Source: a bacterium
GTDB lineage: Bacteria; RBG-13-61-14; DATKZS01
Direction: 5' to 3'
Length of the DNA stretch: 64,000 nucleotides
NCBI GenBank assembly: GCA_963674965.2
Contig: CAXXFL010000002.1
Location: 448,001 to 512,000 of the forward strand
The notes below the pieces were generated by a model. It worked only from the letters and a program-made list of their open reading frames with translations, had not been told where the DNA came from and did not search any database. Of the stretch, positions 37,703 to 47,465 are shown in pieces. Positions within the stretch are counted from its first letter, which is position 1. Every line of letters begins with the position of its first letter. A program made the translations under genes and the position numbers.

Positions 37703-38677
37703 GCCTTTAAATTGAGAGGAGATTACTATGGCTAAGAAAATATCTTTATCAGACATATGTGGCTTTCTATTTATTGCCGTTTTTTTACATGTTGGATGTA
37801 ATAATATCCCAAGTGAACCAGGCGAAAGCGTCACTCAGCAGAAATGCTTGCAAGGCAGTTTTAAATATTATGAATCACATATTAATGATTGCCTCGATAT
37901 TGCAAAGGAGATGGATGATCAAACCAAAAAAGGGAAAGTGTATTATATCGCGGCGTCGTCTAAACATGCAAAATTGGATGAATTGTTCAAAAAAGCATTG
38001 GGGAATGAGGGCGATTTCCGAGATTTAAGCAAAGCGGCGGATGAAGTGATTGCCCTTTACAATAAGGCCTTGGAATGTGATTTAGATGCGGGCGCCAAGC
38101 TGGAAATTTGGGAAAGTAAATCATCTGCATACGCCTATAGATCGGAAGGCGACATGAAATATCTACCGGAGGTAGAACGAGAAAGTCTTAATTGCCGGCT
38201 TCATATATTACTATTGTCAATTACAAACCAAAAGGAAAATGAAATCATACAATATGAAAAATACCCGATATGCTCTAAACCATATGGCCAAGTAGATTAT
38301 TCTAAATGCTTTGAAACTTATGAAGAAAGGTCAAATTATGTAGAAGAACAAAATCGTATTATTGGCGATCGATATTCTTACACTTTTGAATTTATTTCCC
38401 GTTGTATTGACAATCGCCATGGCCAAAAGGAGAAGAGTAAAAATGATTGTCTGGAGTTGATCGATACGTACGTTTTCGATCAAGAATTGAAGAATGAGTT
38501 AATTTACTACGTACGCGAGGAAACCGTTCCAAAAAAACTTGGCCACTTTGATATTCCTGAACTAAAATAACCAACCGTCCTTGCATTAGGAGGCTATCAT
38601 GTTTCCACAAAACAAAGTCAGAGTACTCTCCACTTTAATTTTCATTCTTCTTTCGTGCCGCGCTACCCTTGCCGAGG
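37703..38677 (+). repeat. ~975-bp direct repeat, copy 2
   Basis: Near-identical to 31838..32812. Confidence 0.92.
37728..38570 (+). CDS. Cys-rich predicted lipoprotein (A2), immunity-like
   Basis: LHVGC lipobox-like; 280 aa; copy of A1 with clustered substitutions. Confidence 0.8.
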   Translation: MAKKISLSDICGFLFIAVFLHVGCNNIPSEPGESVTQQKCLQGSFKYYESHINDCLDIAKEMDDQTKKGKVYYIAASSKHAKLDELFKKALGNEGDFRDLSKAADEVIALYNKALECDLDAGAKLEIWESKSSAYAYRSEGDMKYLPEVERESLNCRLHILLLSITNQKENEIIQYEKYPICSKPYGQVDYSKCFETYEERSNYVEEQNRIIGDRYSYTFEFISRCIDNRHGQKEKSKNDCLELIDTYVFDQELKNELIYYVREETVPKKLGHFDIPELK

Positions 38678-38724
38678 CATGTCCACCCCGAGTCACCACC
38701 CTGGGAATATTAAATCCGGCGTAG
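38599..38724 (+). pseudogene. Truncated third copy of module B (signal peptide only)
   Basis: MFPQNKVRVLSTLIFILLSCRATLAE, then unrelated sequence to TAG; homology ends at 38677. Confidence 0.75.
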
Positions 38725-38886
38725 TGTTGCCATTAACCCAAGCCAAGCCTGTAACTCTTCAATAATGAAAAGGTTTGAAAAATAAAGCGTTGAAAAAAAG
38801 TTAAAACGGCGGAAAGATTTAAACCGCGTTGACCGATTGCTTGCCCCGCGGTGTTTTGCTAAATTCAGCGGGCTCGCTTCCCCTTC

Positions 38887-40266
38887 TCAGTCTTCGGCCT
38901 CTTTCTCGCGCTTTTTGAATTCCCACCATACCCAGGCGACGGCGAAGACGCCGCCCACCACGTGGGAGGAGGCGATGGCGACCCAGGCCCCGGCGGGACC
39001 GATCGAGTGGTGGAGGACGGTGACTAAAGGTATGGCCACGAAGATGAAGCGGGCGAGGGTAATGATGAGGGGAGGAAGGCCCTTGCCCAGTCCCTGGAAG
39101 GCCCCGCCCAGCACGAAGACCTGGGACACGAAGACGTAGGTGAAGCCCACTATGCCGATGTACTCGAGCCCGTAGCCCGAGATGACCTGGTATAGTACCG
39201 GGTCTTCGGTACGGTTGAAAAGGCCGATGAAGAACTCGGGGAAACATATAAAGACCATGCCCATGGCGCCCGAGAAGACGGCGGCGAAGAACCCGCCGGT
39301 CCAGGCCGAGCGCTTGGCCCGGGACAGGTTTCCGGCCCCGTAGTTCTGGCCCACCATGGACACGACCCCCAGCATGAGGCCTATCATGGGCAGCACCGCC
39401 AGCATGTCGAGCTGGGCGCCCATGCCGTAGGCGGCGGTGGCGCCCTCGTACTGGTTTAGCACCCTGAGGAAAATCATGGTCGCGAACCAGGCCGACATGT
39501 TGCGGCCCATCATGGGCACTCCGACCCGCAGTATCTCGATAACGTGGCGCGGATGCCAGTGGTAATTGCAAAAGGACAAGGTCCAGTTGGTCTTGCCCCG
39601 CTTCAAGTAAAATATCAGCAGGACGCAACCCACTCCCCGGCCGATGACCGTGGCCAGGGCCCCGCCCATTACGCCCATGCCCAGCCAGCCGAGGTGAAGA
39701 CCGAATATCCGGTCCTCCGGCCCGAAAATCAGGAGGGGGGCCAGGACGAGGTTGATCGAGAGACTGATGACGGCCAATACAAAGGGCGCCACCGAGTTGC
39801 CTTCCCCCCGCAGGATGTTGGCCCCGATCAGGCTGAACATGATGGTCACGTTGCCCACCAGGATGATCTTAATAAAGTCGTGGGCCGTTTCGATCATGGA
39901 CTCGTCCATTTTCAGGACCCTGAAATAATGGCGGTTCAAGGGAAGTAAAATCACGGTGGCGGAAATGGATAGTATGGCCATCAGAATAATGGCGTGCATG
40001 GCGGCGTTGTCGGCCTCGTTATATTCGCCCTTGCCGATCAGGCGGGCCACGTAGGAGGTCACGCCCGTGGCCAGTCCGGTCGCCATCATGATGATGAACA
40101 TCTGGAGATTGGCGGCGTTGACCACCGCTGAAAAGGCCTCGGGCCCGAGCTGGGCGATGAATACGCGGTCTAAAATTCCGAACAGGGGCTGGATGGCCAT
40201 CTGCCCGATAATCGGGGCGCTGAAGAGGAGCAGGACAACGGGGATGCTTCCCCTGGTAAGGTCCAT
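38887..40266 (-). CDS. MATE family efflux transporter
   Basis: MDLTRGSI..FSAPII, ILRGEGNS, VGQNYGAGN, multiple TM helices; start could be upstream (TTG 40362; ORF open to 40473). Confidence 0.9.
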   Translation of the reverse strand: MDLTRGSIPVVLLLFSAPIIGQMAIQPLFGILDRVFIAQLGPEAFSAVVNAANLQMFIIMMATGLATGVTSYVARLIGKGEYNEADNAAMHAIILMAILSISATVILLPLNRHYFRVLKMDESMIETAHDFIKIILVGNVTIMFSLIGANILRGEGNSVAPFVLAVISLSINLVLAPLLIFGPEDRIFGLHLGWLGMGVMGGALATVIGRGVGCVLLIFYLKRGKTNWTLSFCNYHWHPRHVIEILRVGVPMMGRNMSAWFATMIFLRVLNQYEGATAAYGMGAQLDMLAVLPMIGLMLGVVSMVGQNYGAGNLSRAKRSAWTGGFFAAVFSGAMGMVFICFPEFFIGLFNRTEDPVLYQVISGYGLEYIGIVGFTYVFVSQVFVLGGAFQGLGKGLPPLIITLARFIFVAIPLVTVLHHSIGPAGAWVAIASSHVVGGVFAVAWVWWEFKKREKEAED

Positions 40267-40758
40267 GCCCCGACCGCGGGGGGGAACGGCCTCGGCCGCC
40301 GGCGGCTCGGGACAGGCGACGCCATGGTCTATTCCGATATTTTTTTTCCCGTCTTCAAACAAAGGCTTTCCCAGGTCGGCCCAAGGGCGCGCACGCGAAG
40401 GCAACCCGCCGCCGGGCGTGAATCGGATATCGAGTATCAAGAGTACACGTAGTCTCATGAAAATGCACGCCAATCAAGAGAAGGAACATTTTTTACGCCT
40501 CATGAAAAAATCTTATATCGGCGGCAAAGCCGACTTGGAGCGGGAAATCTTTCGCTTCTGATCTGGAAACTCGATTCCGCAAGGAAAAGACGCGCGGAGG
40601 GTCCCTGGCTAATAAAAGTAGCTTTAAGCCAGCACGCTCCTGATCCTGATTTTTACAACAGCCTATTAAAAAAAGGTTTTTTCTATCTCGATATCAATCC
40701 GGGCTTTTCCGTTTTATTAGATCGCTCTAATTTTTTTATGGAGGAGGAAAATTTTTTC

Positions 40759-40807
40759 TTGACAAAGGATTTAAAAGAAACTAAAATGATTTTAAAGGAT
40801 TTAAAAG
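40759..40807 (+). promoter_or_regulatory. Promoter overlapped by 14-bp direct repeats
   Basis: TTGACA 40759-40764, 17 bp, TAAAAT 40782-40787; AAAGGATTTAAAAG at 40764-40777 and 40794-40807. Confidence 0.7.
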
Positions 40808-40848
40808 TAGCTATGAGTAACATAAAGGACGATAAAGGAGCGAAGAAC

Positions 40849-41082
40849 ATGCCCTCGGAAATTCTTCTGACTCTTGAACAAGTGGCGGAAAGACTGGCCG
40901 TAAGCCGAAAGATGGTATTCGACTGGGTAAGAGCGGGCAAGATTCCCGGAGTTAAGCTCGGGCGCTTATGGAGGGTCAAGCAGAGCGCGCTTGACGAATT
41001 CATCAATTCCCTGGAGACGGTAGGACCCAACGACGACCAGCGCGGCCCCGACCGTGAGGAGGACGCGGATGAGGGCCGATAA
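40849..41082 (+). CDS. Excisionase-like (HTH_17/BldC-type) DNA-binding protein
   Basis: RBS AAGGAG 40835-40840; LLTLEQVAERLAVSRKMVFDWVRAGKIPGVKLGRLWRV. Confidence 0.88.
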   Translation: MPSEILLTLEQVAERLAVSRKMVFDWVRAGKIPGVKLGRLWRVKQSALDEFINSLETVGPNDDQRGPDREEDADEGR

Positions 41083-41186
41083 TTTAATCTCGGCCCTTAA
41101 GTTCGCCTTGGAGGTGTCAGGTCGCGTTTAACATATAAGACGCAGTGAGAGATAGCATCCATTCCAGGCGGAGGGAGGTCAGCGAA

Positions 41187-44100
41187 ATGGGACATCCTTA
41201 TCGGACGATGCCGGCCGAATCGGGTTCGGATAAAAAACTCAAGCGCAAAGCATATCTTGGTTACGCCCTCATCATTTTCAGCATATTCCTGTTAATTCTG
41301 ATGTATATATATCCTCCCTGGGTAGGGTACTATGAGCACGATAAGAAAGAAATCGGATACTATCTCTTAATGGATGATCAAAAAGCAAAGGAAGAAAATC
41401 AAGCCCTCGAGGTCGCGGTTGACATTGATCGCTTCTTGGGCCAGCTATTATTTATACTGGGACCGATCATCTGGAAGGCCCGCTCCTTGATAAGGGATTC
41501 CAGGGAGGAGACGGATTCGGAATATATATCGCGGGGACGAGAAGGAATCTTTGATAAATCCGCGATTGAAGAGTTTATTGAAGACGAACATGCCATCAGT
41601 GATCGGGATACCCTCTCCGGATTAAACCATAACCACAATCAATCCGGGTCATCGGGAATGGGTTCCTGCTTTGATAATAATGGAATCCAAGGTCCCTCGT
41701 CCAGTTCCGCGACTCAAAATCCTCGCTTGCCAATGGAATACGGAGTAAGAAGGTACTGGGACTCTGATGAAGATGGGCGCTTCATTGTGGAGCTATATGA
41801 AAATCTCGAGGAGATCGACCAGGATTTTATCAATAGTATCCGTAATGATCGAAGCCATGATGACGATTTATGGAAACTTGCCCGGGGCCTGGAGAACGGC
41901 GAGATTCAATATGAGAACGCGCTGAGCCATTACGTTTATTACCTTGGTCGGTGGAATTTATCGCGGGTCGCATGGGTCGTCTGCGGGGCCATGCTTCACG
42001 CCGCGACGGGAAATCCTAAAACGGCTGAAAAGCTGTTTGCCGAGGCCGAGGAAGCCGACCCGGAAAACGGGTTAATCTATTGCTTTCGCTTCCTTTGTCG
42101 CTGTGAGATGGGTGAGTTCACCGAAGCTTTAGAAGACCTTAATTCCCTTGTATCCACAGCTTCTGACTCACATTATTGGCCGAAATGGCAAAGTCTCTCG
42201 ACCAGGGGACGTTTTAAGCTCGAATATGTAAGCGCCGAGGAAGCCATTGAAGATTTTACCATACTGATAGATAACGGCTGGGAAGTGGGCGAGCATCTTT
42301 TCAATCGAGGCAAAGCCTATGCATCGCTGAAGAATTTTGAAAACGCCGTTTCCGATTTTACGGATGCCTTGCAGTCGGACCTCGTCGATCCCGGTCCCAT
42401 TCTCAGCGCAAGGGGCCAGGCCTTTTACGAAATGGGCCTGACCAACCTGGCGCTCGAGGATTTGGACGAAGCCATATCGATGGGCCTGCCCGAACACTCT
42501 TCGGAGGTATATTATTGCCGCGGCAAGATTGCCTTCGAGCGAGAGGATTTTCCCAAGGTGATCGAGTGCTTTCCCCAAACGAGTGCTTTCTGGGGTTATA
42601 ACTCGCGCACACATATCATGCGGGGCCTGTCCTATTGCCGCGTGGGTCAATTCGAACTCGCGCTAAAAGATATCAACTCCGCGTGCTCTGAAGAGGGGGC
42701 CATGCTCTCTTGGCGAAGCTACTGTCTTTGCAGGCTTAAAAGATATAAAGACGCCTTGAGCGACGTCGAACTGGTCAAGAAAAGGAATCTCGATGACGAG
42801 ACTATTTGCGAATGGGAGACAATAAGTCTTGCGGACTCGGAAGTACGTCTCGAATGGGGAAAGGCATATCTTCACGAGGGGGATTATTTTTCCGCCATCA
42901 AGGAATTCGGCATTGCCCTCGATGAAGACCACTGGATGGCCGAGTCCTACCTGGAGCGCGGCCGGGCCTATCTTTGTCTGGCCCAAGACGTGGGAAAGAA
43001 ACGAAAGAAAAAATCCGAGATTTTTATTGGAAGCTCGAGGGAATGCGATATTGTCATAAAGGGAGAAAAAGTCGCCCCCAGGCACGCCCGCGTTTTTCGC
43101 CAGGGCGCGGTCATAATGGTGGAGGACATGGGAAGCCCCCACGGGACCTACGCAGGCTATAATTTTAGACGACTGCCGGCGCACGTTCCCACCCCAATGG
43201 AGTTTTCCGGGGAGCTATTCCTGGGCGACCGCGCCTTCAACGTGCATCGTCTCAATGAGTTCGGTTTCTTCGATAGCGAGAACGGGAACGGAAGAAACTG
43301 CTATGACCGGGCGATCCAGGACCTTTCATGGGCGCTGGAATGCGACGCCGAGGACCTCGTGGCGCTCAGGCTTCGATCCGAGGCCTACTCGGGCAATCGA
43401 ATGCACGACGAGGCCATCGCCGACCTCACCGCCATCTTGCGGCTTCAGCCCCGCGACTTTGACGCCTTGGGGGCAAGGGCCGAAGCTTATCTGAATACCC
43501 AGCGTTACGAATTGGCCCTGAATGACTGCGACAAGGCCATTCATCTTCAACCCCACCAAGCGGACTTCCATCATCTTCGAGGTCGGGTCTACGCGAAAAG
43601 GGGCCAGATGGGCGCGGCCAGGAAAGACTATCAAAGGGCCCGGGAACTGGACCCGAAAAAATACACGATCAAGACCCGGCCCAAGAAAAGCACGGAGGCA
43701 AAGAGCGAGTTCAGACTGCCCGGCCGCTTCGAGCTGGAGAAATTCTTCAAGGACCATGTAATCGATATAGTCGAATCGCCCGAGCGATATGGTGAGATGG
43801 GTATAGACTTTCCCTATCCCATCGCGCTTCACGGACCGCCGGGATGCGGCAAGACCCACGCCGCCAACGTCCTGTTAAATTACCTTGGCTGGCCCAGCTT
43901 CACCATCAACTCCGGCTCGGTGGGCAACATGTACATCCACGAGACCCCCCGGCTGATCGCCGCGACCTTCGAGGAGGCCAAAGCCAAGGCGCCCGCGGTG
44001 GTCGTGATCGACGAGATGGACGCCTTCATGTGCAACCGCGATTATGAGAGGCGGGCTTTTCGCAACGAGGAGGTGGCGGAGTATCTGCGCAATCTTCAGG

Positions 44101-44447
44101 ACGCCTCGGAAAATCGCATCCTGATAATAGGCATGACCAACCAGATCGACATGATCGATCCGGCGCTGTTGCGGCGGGGCCGCTTCGATCACGTCATAAA
44201 AGTCGATTTTCCGTCAAGGGAAGAATTGAAGGAATGCCTGAGCGCTCTTCTTTCCGGTTACCCTTGCGTAAGGGGCCTTAACGTTAATTACGTGGCCGAC
44301 GCTTTGCGTTCGAGGCCATTGTCGGACGCGGGCTATATCGTGCGGGAGGCCGCCCGCCTCGCCTGCAAGTCGAAGAAGAAAAAAATAGACGACCTATGCC
44401 TGGTGAGCGCCCTCCAGGCGGCTATAAAGCAAAAGTCGTTCAACTGA
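41187..44447 (+). CDS. Membrane-anchored TPR-FHA-TPR-AAA+ ATPase protein
   Basis: Two N-terminal hydrophobic segments; TPR-like repeats; FHA-like IGSSRECDIVI..VAPRHA..EDMGSPHGTY; Walker A GPPGCGKT, Walker B VVVIDEMD, SRH DPALLRRGRFD. Confidence 0.85.
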   Translation: MGHPYRTMPAESGSDKKLKRKAYLGYALIIFSIFLLILMYIYPPWVGYYEHDKKEIGYYLLMDDQKAKEENQALEVAVDIDRFLGQLLFILGPIIWKARSLIRDSREETDSEYISRGREGIFDKSAIEEFIEDEHAISDRDTLSGLNHNHNQSGSSGMGSCFDNNGIQGPSSSSATQNPRLPMEYGVRRYWDSDEDGRFIVELYENLEEIDQDFINSIRNDRSHDDDLWKLARGLENGEIQYENALSHYVYYLGRWNLSRVAWVVCGAMLHAATGNPKTAEKLFAEAEEADPENGLIYCFRFLCRCEMGEFTEALEDLNSLVSTASDSHYWPKWQSLSTRGRFKLEYVSAEEAIEDFTILIDNGWEVGEHLFNRGKAYASLKNFENAVSDFTDALQSDLVDPGPILSARGQAFYEMGLTNLALEDLDEAISMGLPEHSSEVYYCRGKIAFEREDFPKVIECFPQTSAFWGYNSRTHIMRGLSYCRVGQFELALKDINSACSEEGAMLSWRSYCLCRLKRYKDALSDVELVKKRNLDDETICEWETISLADSEVRLEWGKAYLHEGDYFSAIKEFGIALDEDHWMAESYLERGRAYLCLAQDVGKKRKKKSEIFIGSSRECDIVIKGEKVAPRHARVFRQGAVIMVEDMGSPHGTYAGYNFRRLPAHVPTPMEFSGELFLGDRAFNVHRLNEFGFFDSENGNGRNCYDRAIQDLSWALECDAEDLVALRLRSEAYSGNRMHDEAIADLTAILRLQPRDFDALGARAEAYLNTQRYELALNDCDKAIHLQPHQADFHHLRGRVYAKRGQMGAARKDYQRARELDPKKYTIKTRPKKSTEAKSEFRLPGRFELEKFFKDHVIDIVESPERYGEMGIDFPYPIALHGPPGCGKTHAANVLLNYLGWPSFTINSGSVGNMYIHETPRLIAATFEEAKAKAPAVVVIDEMDAFMCNRDYERRAFRNEEVAEYLRNLQDASENRILIIGMTNQIDMIDPALLRRGRFDHVIKVDFPSREELKECLSALLSGYPCVRGLNVNYVADALRSRPLSDAGYIVREAARLACKSKKKKIDDLCLVSALQAAIKQKSFN

Positions 44448-44568
44448 TCCGGCCATCGGTCAAACGCCCCTTCTTGGGCCGCGTAATAAATGGCGGCGTT
44501 GCGATCATGGGACTTTGCAGGCGCGCTGAGGAAAACTTGATATCAGGGTACGCCGCGGTCTCCAGGGT

Positions 44569-45258
44569 CTATTCCTCCTCCTTTTTTCCTCCCTTTTCCA
44601 GTTCGGGCATTTCCCTGAACCCGAGGAGCATGAAGGGGTTGACGGCGGTGGTGGATATGGTTTTCAAATGGGATGACACGCGCTTTAGGCTCCGCATGAC
44701 GATGGCCAGGGCCACGGCCTGGCTGGTGTCGATCTCCTTGTCCCGCATGATCTCTTCCAGGAACTTGTCGTAGGCCTTGGTGACTTTTAGATGTCCGTCC
44801 ATGGCCTCGCGCGCCATGGCCTCGTCGTCGTTAAAGAGGGCCTTGGCCGCCTTGGGAAAGTAGCTTTCCACCTGGTCGCGGATTGATTTGACCTCGGCCA
44901 GATATTTGGTCTCGGCCACCTGGCCGCCAAGTTTCCTGTACACGTCGTACATGTTCTTGGAGTGGTCGCCTATCCTCTCGATATTGTTGATCAAGGTGAT
45001 GAATATTAGCTCGGCGATGGGGTTTTTGGTCTGACTCACGCTGAGGTGCTCGACTATCCTTTTCCTGGTTTTGATCACGAGGTAGTTTATTTCCCGGTCC
45101 CGGGCGTAAAGGTCGAAGTCCACGGGCTTTCCGTCGATCACCGCCATGGAAGAAGCGTTGAATATCTCGTGGGCCGTCTCCATCATTTTCTTTACGTCCG
45201 ACTCGACCACGTTCATAAGCTTGTTTCTGCGCATGAGCTCTAAAATATAGGTTATCAT
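44569..45258 (-). CDS. PhoU-domain protein
   Basis: DREIN, NIERIGDHSKN, SLKRVSSHLKTI; directly downstream of the Na/Pi cotransporter. Confidence 0.8.
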   Translation of the reverse strand: MITYILELMRRNKLMNVVESDVKKMMETAHEIFNASSMAVIDGKPVDFDLYARDREINYLVIKTRKRIVEHLSVSQTKNPIAELIFITLINNIERIGDHSKNMYDVYRKLGGQVAETKYLAEVKSIRDQVESYFPKAAKALFNDDEAMAREAMDGHLKVTKAYDKFLEEIMRDKEIDTSQAVALAIVMRSLKRVSSHLKTISTTAVNPFMLLGFREMPELEKGGKKEEE

Positions 45259-45267
45259 CCGGGCCTC

Positions 45268-46398
45268 CTAAATCTCGAACAATAATAAAATTATACCAGG
45301 AATGGCGAAAAAGACTATCAGAATAAACAAAAGGGCCACCCATTTTCTCTTGGCCGTGGCTTTGCCCAGTTTTTTGGCGAGAGTGATGGGAACGACTTTC
45401 AGGGGAATCCATACAATAGTCCCGAAAACGTTGAAAAGAAAGTGGCAAAGAGCTATAACCACCGCCTCGTGGCTTCCCGTTACCAAAGACGCCATGATGG
45501 CCGTTATGGTAGTTCCGATGTTGGCTCCCACCATGTAGGGGAAGACCGCCTCGAGCCTGACTATTCCCGCGCCCAGAAGAGGTATTACGATGCTGGTGGT
45601 AACCGAACTCGACTGGACTATGGCCGTGACCACCGCGCCGATAACGATGGCCCTTATGGTTCCGGAAAAAAGGAAACGGTCCACTACCACCTCGAGCCGG
45701 TCGGCCATGGCTCCCCGCATGATCTTCACCATGCGAGAAAGGGAGAAAACCAAAATGGCAAGAGCCAGAACTAAAAGGATAACCGCCAGGGCCACGTTGT
45801 TGCTTATCAGGCCTTTGCCCATTTCGATAACCAGGTGGACCAGGGGTTTGACGATCATTTTAAGAGGACTGTCGAACTCGGCTCCCTGCATTCCACCCAA
45901 GGCGTGCTCGAGGAGACCGGCAGCTCTCCCAATGGGATGGAACAATATCTCGATGGGCAGGAAAAGGGCCACCGAGCAGAGATTGAAAAAGTCATGGACC
46001 GTGGCCCCGGAGTAAGCCCGTTCGAACTCGGAGGGCCTCGATATATGGCCCAATGACACGATGGTGGCGGTGATGGTCGTTCCGATATTCGCCCCCATAA
46101 CCATGGGGATGGCATTGTCGATGGTCAGAGTGCCCGTGGCCACCATGGTCACGATAATCGAGGTGGTGGACGAGGAACTCTGCATGAGGGACGTAGCTAA
46201 GAGGCCGATCAGCAGACCGGCGATGGGATTGTCCGTGACCCTCATGAGCCCCTCTGCGGCGGACTTCCCAAAGAGCTTGAAAGACGAGCCCATAAGCTCG
46301 ATGCAAAAGAAGAACAAATACAGAATCAATAGAAAATAAAGCACTTTAAGCAGCTTGATCGGCCAGGTGCTCTCGTTTTCCGAAATATTATCACCCAT
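45268..46398 (-). CDS. Na+/phosphate cotransporter (NptA/NaPi-II family)
   Basis: Twice-repeated QSSS and GANIGTT motifs; GATVHDFFN. Confidence 0.92.
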   Translation of the reverse strand: MGDNISENESTWPIKLLKVLYFLLILYLFFFCIELMGSSFKLFGKSAAEGLMRVTDNPIAGLLIGLLATSLMQSSSSTTSIIVTMVATGTLTIDNAIPMVMGANIGTTITATIVSLGHISRPSEFERAYSGATVHDFFNLCSVALFLPIEILFHPIGRAAGLLEHALGGMQGAEFDSPLKMIVKPLVHLVIEMGKGLISNNVALAVILLVLALAILVFSLSRMVKIMRGAMADRLEVVVDRFLFSGTIRAIVIGAVVTAIVQSSSVTTSIVIPLLGAGIVRLEAVFPYMVGANIGTTITAIMASLVTGSHEAVVIALCHFLFNVFGTIVWIPLKVVPITLAKKLGKATAKRKWVALLFILIVFFAIPGIILLLFEI

Positions 46399-46698
46399 CT
46401 GGTTTCTTTCCCGTTTTCCCTTCCGATTGACGACTATACTTCCCGAAGTCCGGAGGTTATGGCGGCAAAGAAAAACCCAACCGCCATAAGTTGGGACAAA
46501 GGGTAACACAACTGACAATGTAAGTAAAATATCAGAATTATGTTAGGATTGCGTTAGGCCGGCTAATATTTTTCCATGCCAATAAGCGGTTTGAATCTCC
46601 AACTACCCCATGGGCGTATTATGGTTTTTTCCACTTTATACCTGGGCCTATCCATGTTAATGTAGAAACTCGAATACTAAATCGAGGATTGTCATTAA

Positions 46699-47454
46699 AT
46701 GGAAAAACAGGAAAAAAGAATCAAAGTGGAAACCGTTCCGGCCAAGAAGAAAAAAACCTGGAAAAAGAAACTCAACCGCTGGCTGTCCATGAACGTCGTC
46801 CCGCCCTTCGCTCAATACTGGATGATCGTCTACGACTTCGCCACCCTGGCCCAGAAAGAAAAAAGGCTGACCAAGATAAATATCGATCCGTTCTACGAGG
46901 CCGTCTCCACCCACAAGGGAGTGATCATCGCCTTCTGGCATAACCGGCTCATGTTCGGACCCACCGCTTACCAGTACTGCAAGGGACGGACTATCTACGT
47001 CATGGTCTCGAGAAGCAGGGACGGCGACATGATCGCGGAGATTTTAAACCGCATGAAAAACTTCGAGGCCGTTCGCGGAGGCTCGGGCAAGGAAAAGGGA
47101 GGCCAGGAGGCCCTCCAGGATATGATAGAGTTGGGCAAGGCCAGGCAGGACATCGCCATCACTCCGGACGGTCCCCTCGGCCCCAGGTATAAAGTCAAGC
47201 GGGGCGTCATCGACCTGGCCAAGGCCACGGGCATGCCCATCTACCCGGCGGGTTGCTCCTCCTCGAAGTATTTCCAGATGAAAAGCTGGGACCGGACCCT
47301 GCTTCCGGTACCCGGCTCAAGGGTGATATACAAGGCGGGCGAGACCATGTATGTTCCCGCCGACGCCGACGAGGAGATGATCGAGCAGAAAAGAGCCGAG
47401 TTGGAAAAGCAACTTGTCGAGTTGACAGAGTTCTGCGACCATTATTTCGACTGA
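46699..47454 (+). CDS. DUF374/lysophospholipid acyltransferase family protein
   Basis: AFWHNRL, SRSRDG, VRGG, ITPDGPLGP, KSWDR. Confidence 0.88.
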   Translation: MEKQEKRIKVETVPAKKKKTWKKKLNRWLSMNVVPPFAQYWMIVYDFATLAQKEKRLTKINIDPFYEAVSTHKGVIIAFWHNRLMFGPTAYQYCKGRTIYVMVSRSRDGDMIAEILNRMKNFEAVRGGSGKEKGGQEALQDMIELGKARQDIAITPDGPLGPRYKVKRGVIDLAKATGMPIYPAGCSSSKYFQMKSWDRTLLPVPGSRVIYKAGETMYVPADADEEMIEQKRAELEKQLVELTEFCDHYFD

Positions 47455-47465
47455 GGCGTTCGCGC

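Noticed and set aside
31838-38677. Diversity-generating retroelement (TR/VR) explanation for the repeats
   Set aside because: The differences are not adenine-restricted (e.g. CAT>GAT, TCA>GGG), the repeats are ~1 kb, and there is no reverse transcriptase in the window
40849-44447. Prophage or integrative element inferred from the excisionase-like gene
   Set aside because: No integrase, att repeat, tRNA or phage genes nearby
46490-46520. Pho box upstream of the Na/Pi cotransporter
   Set aside because: The TGTCA-like half-sites are spaced 9-10 bp, not the 11-bp PhoB period
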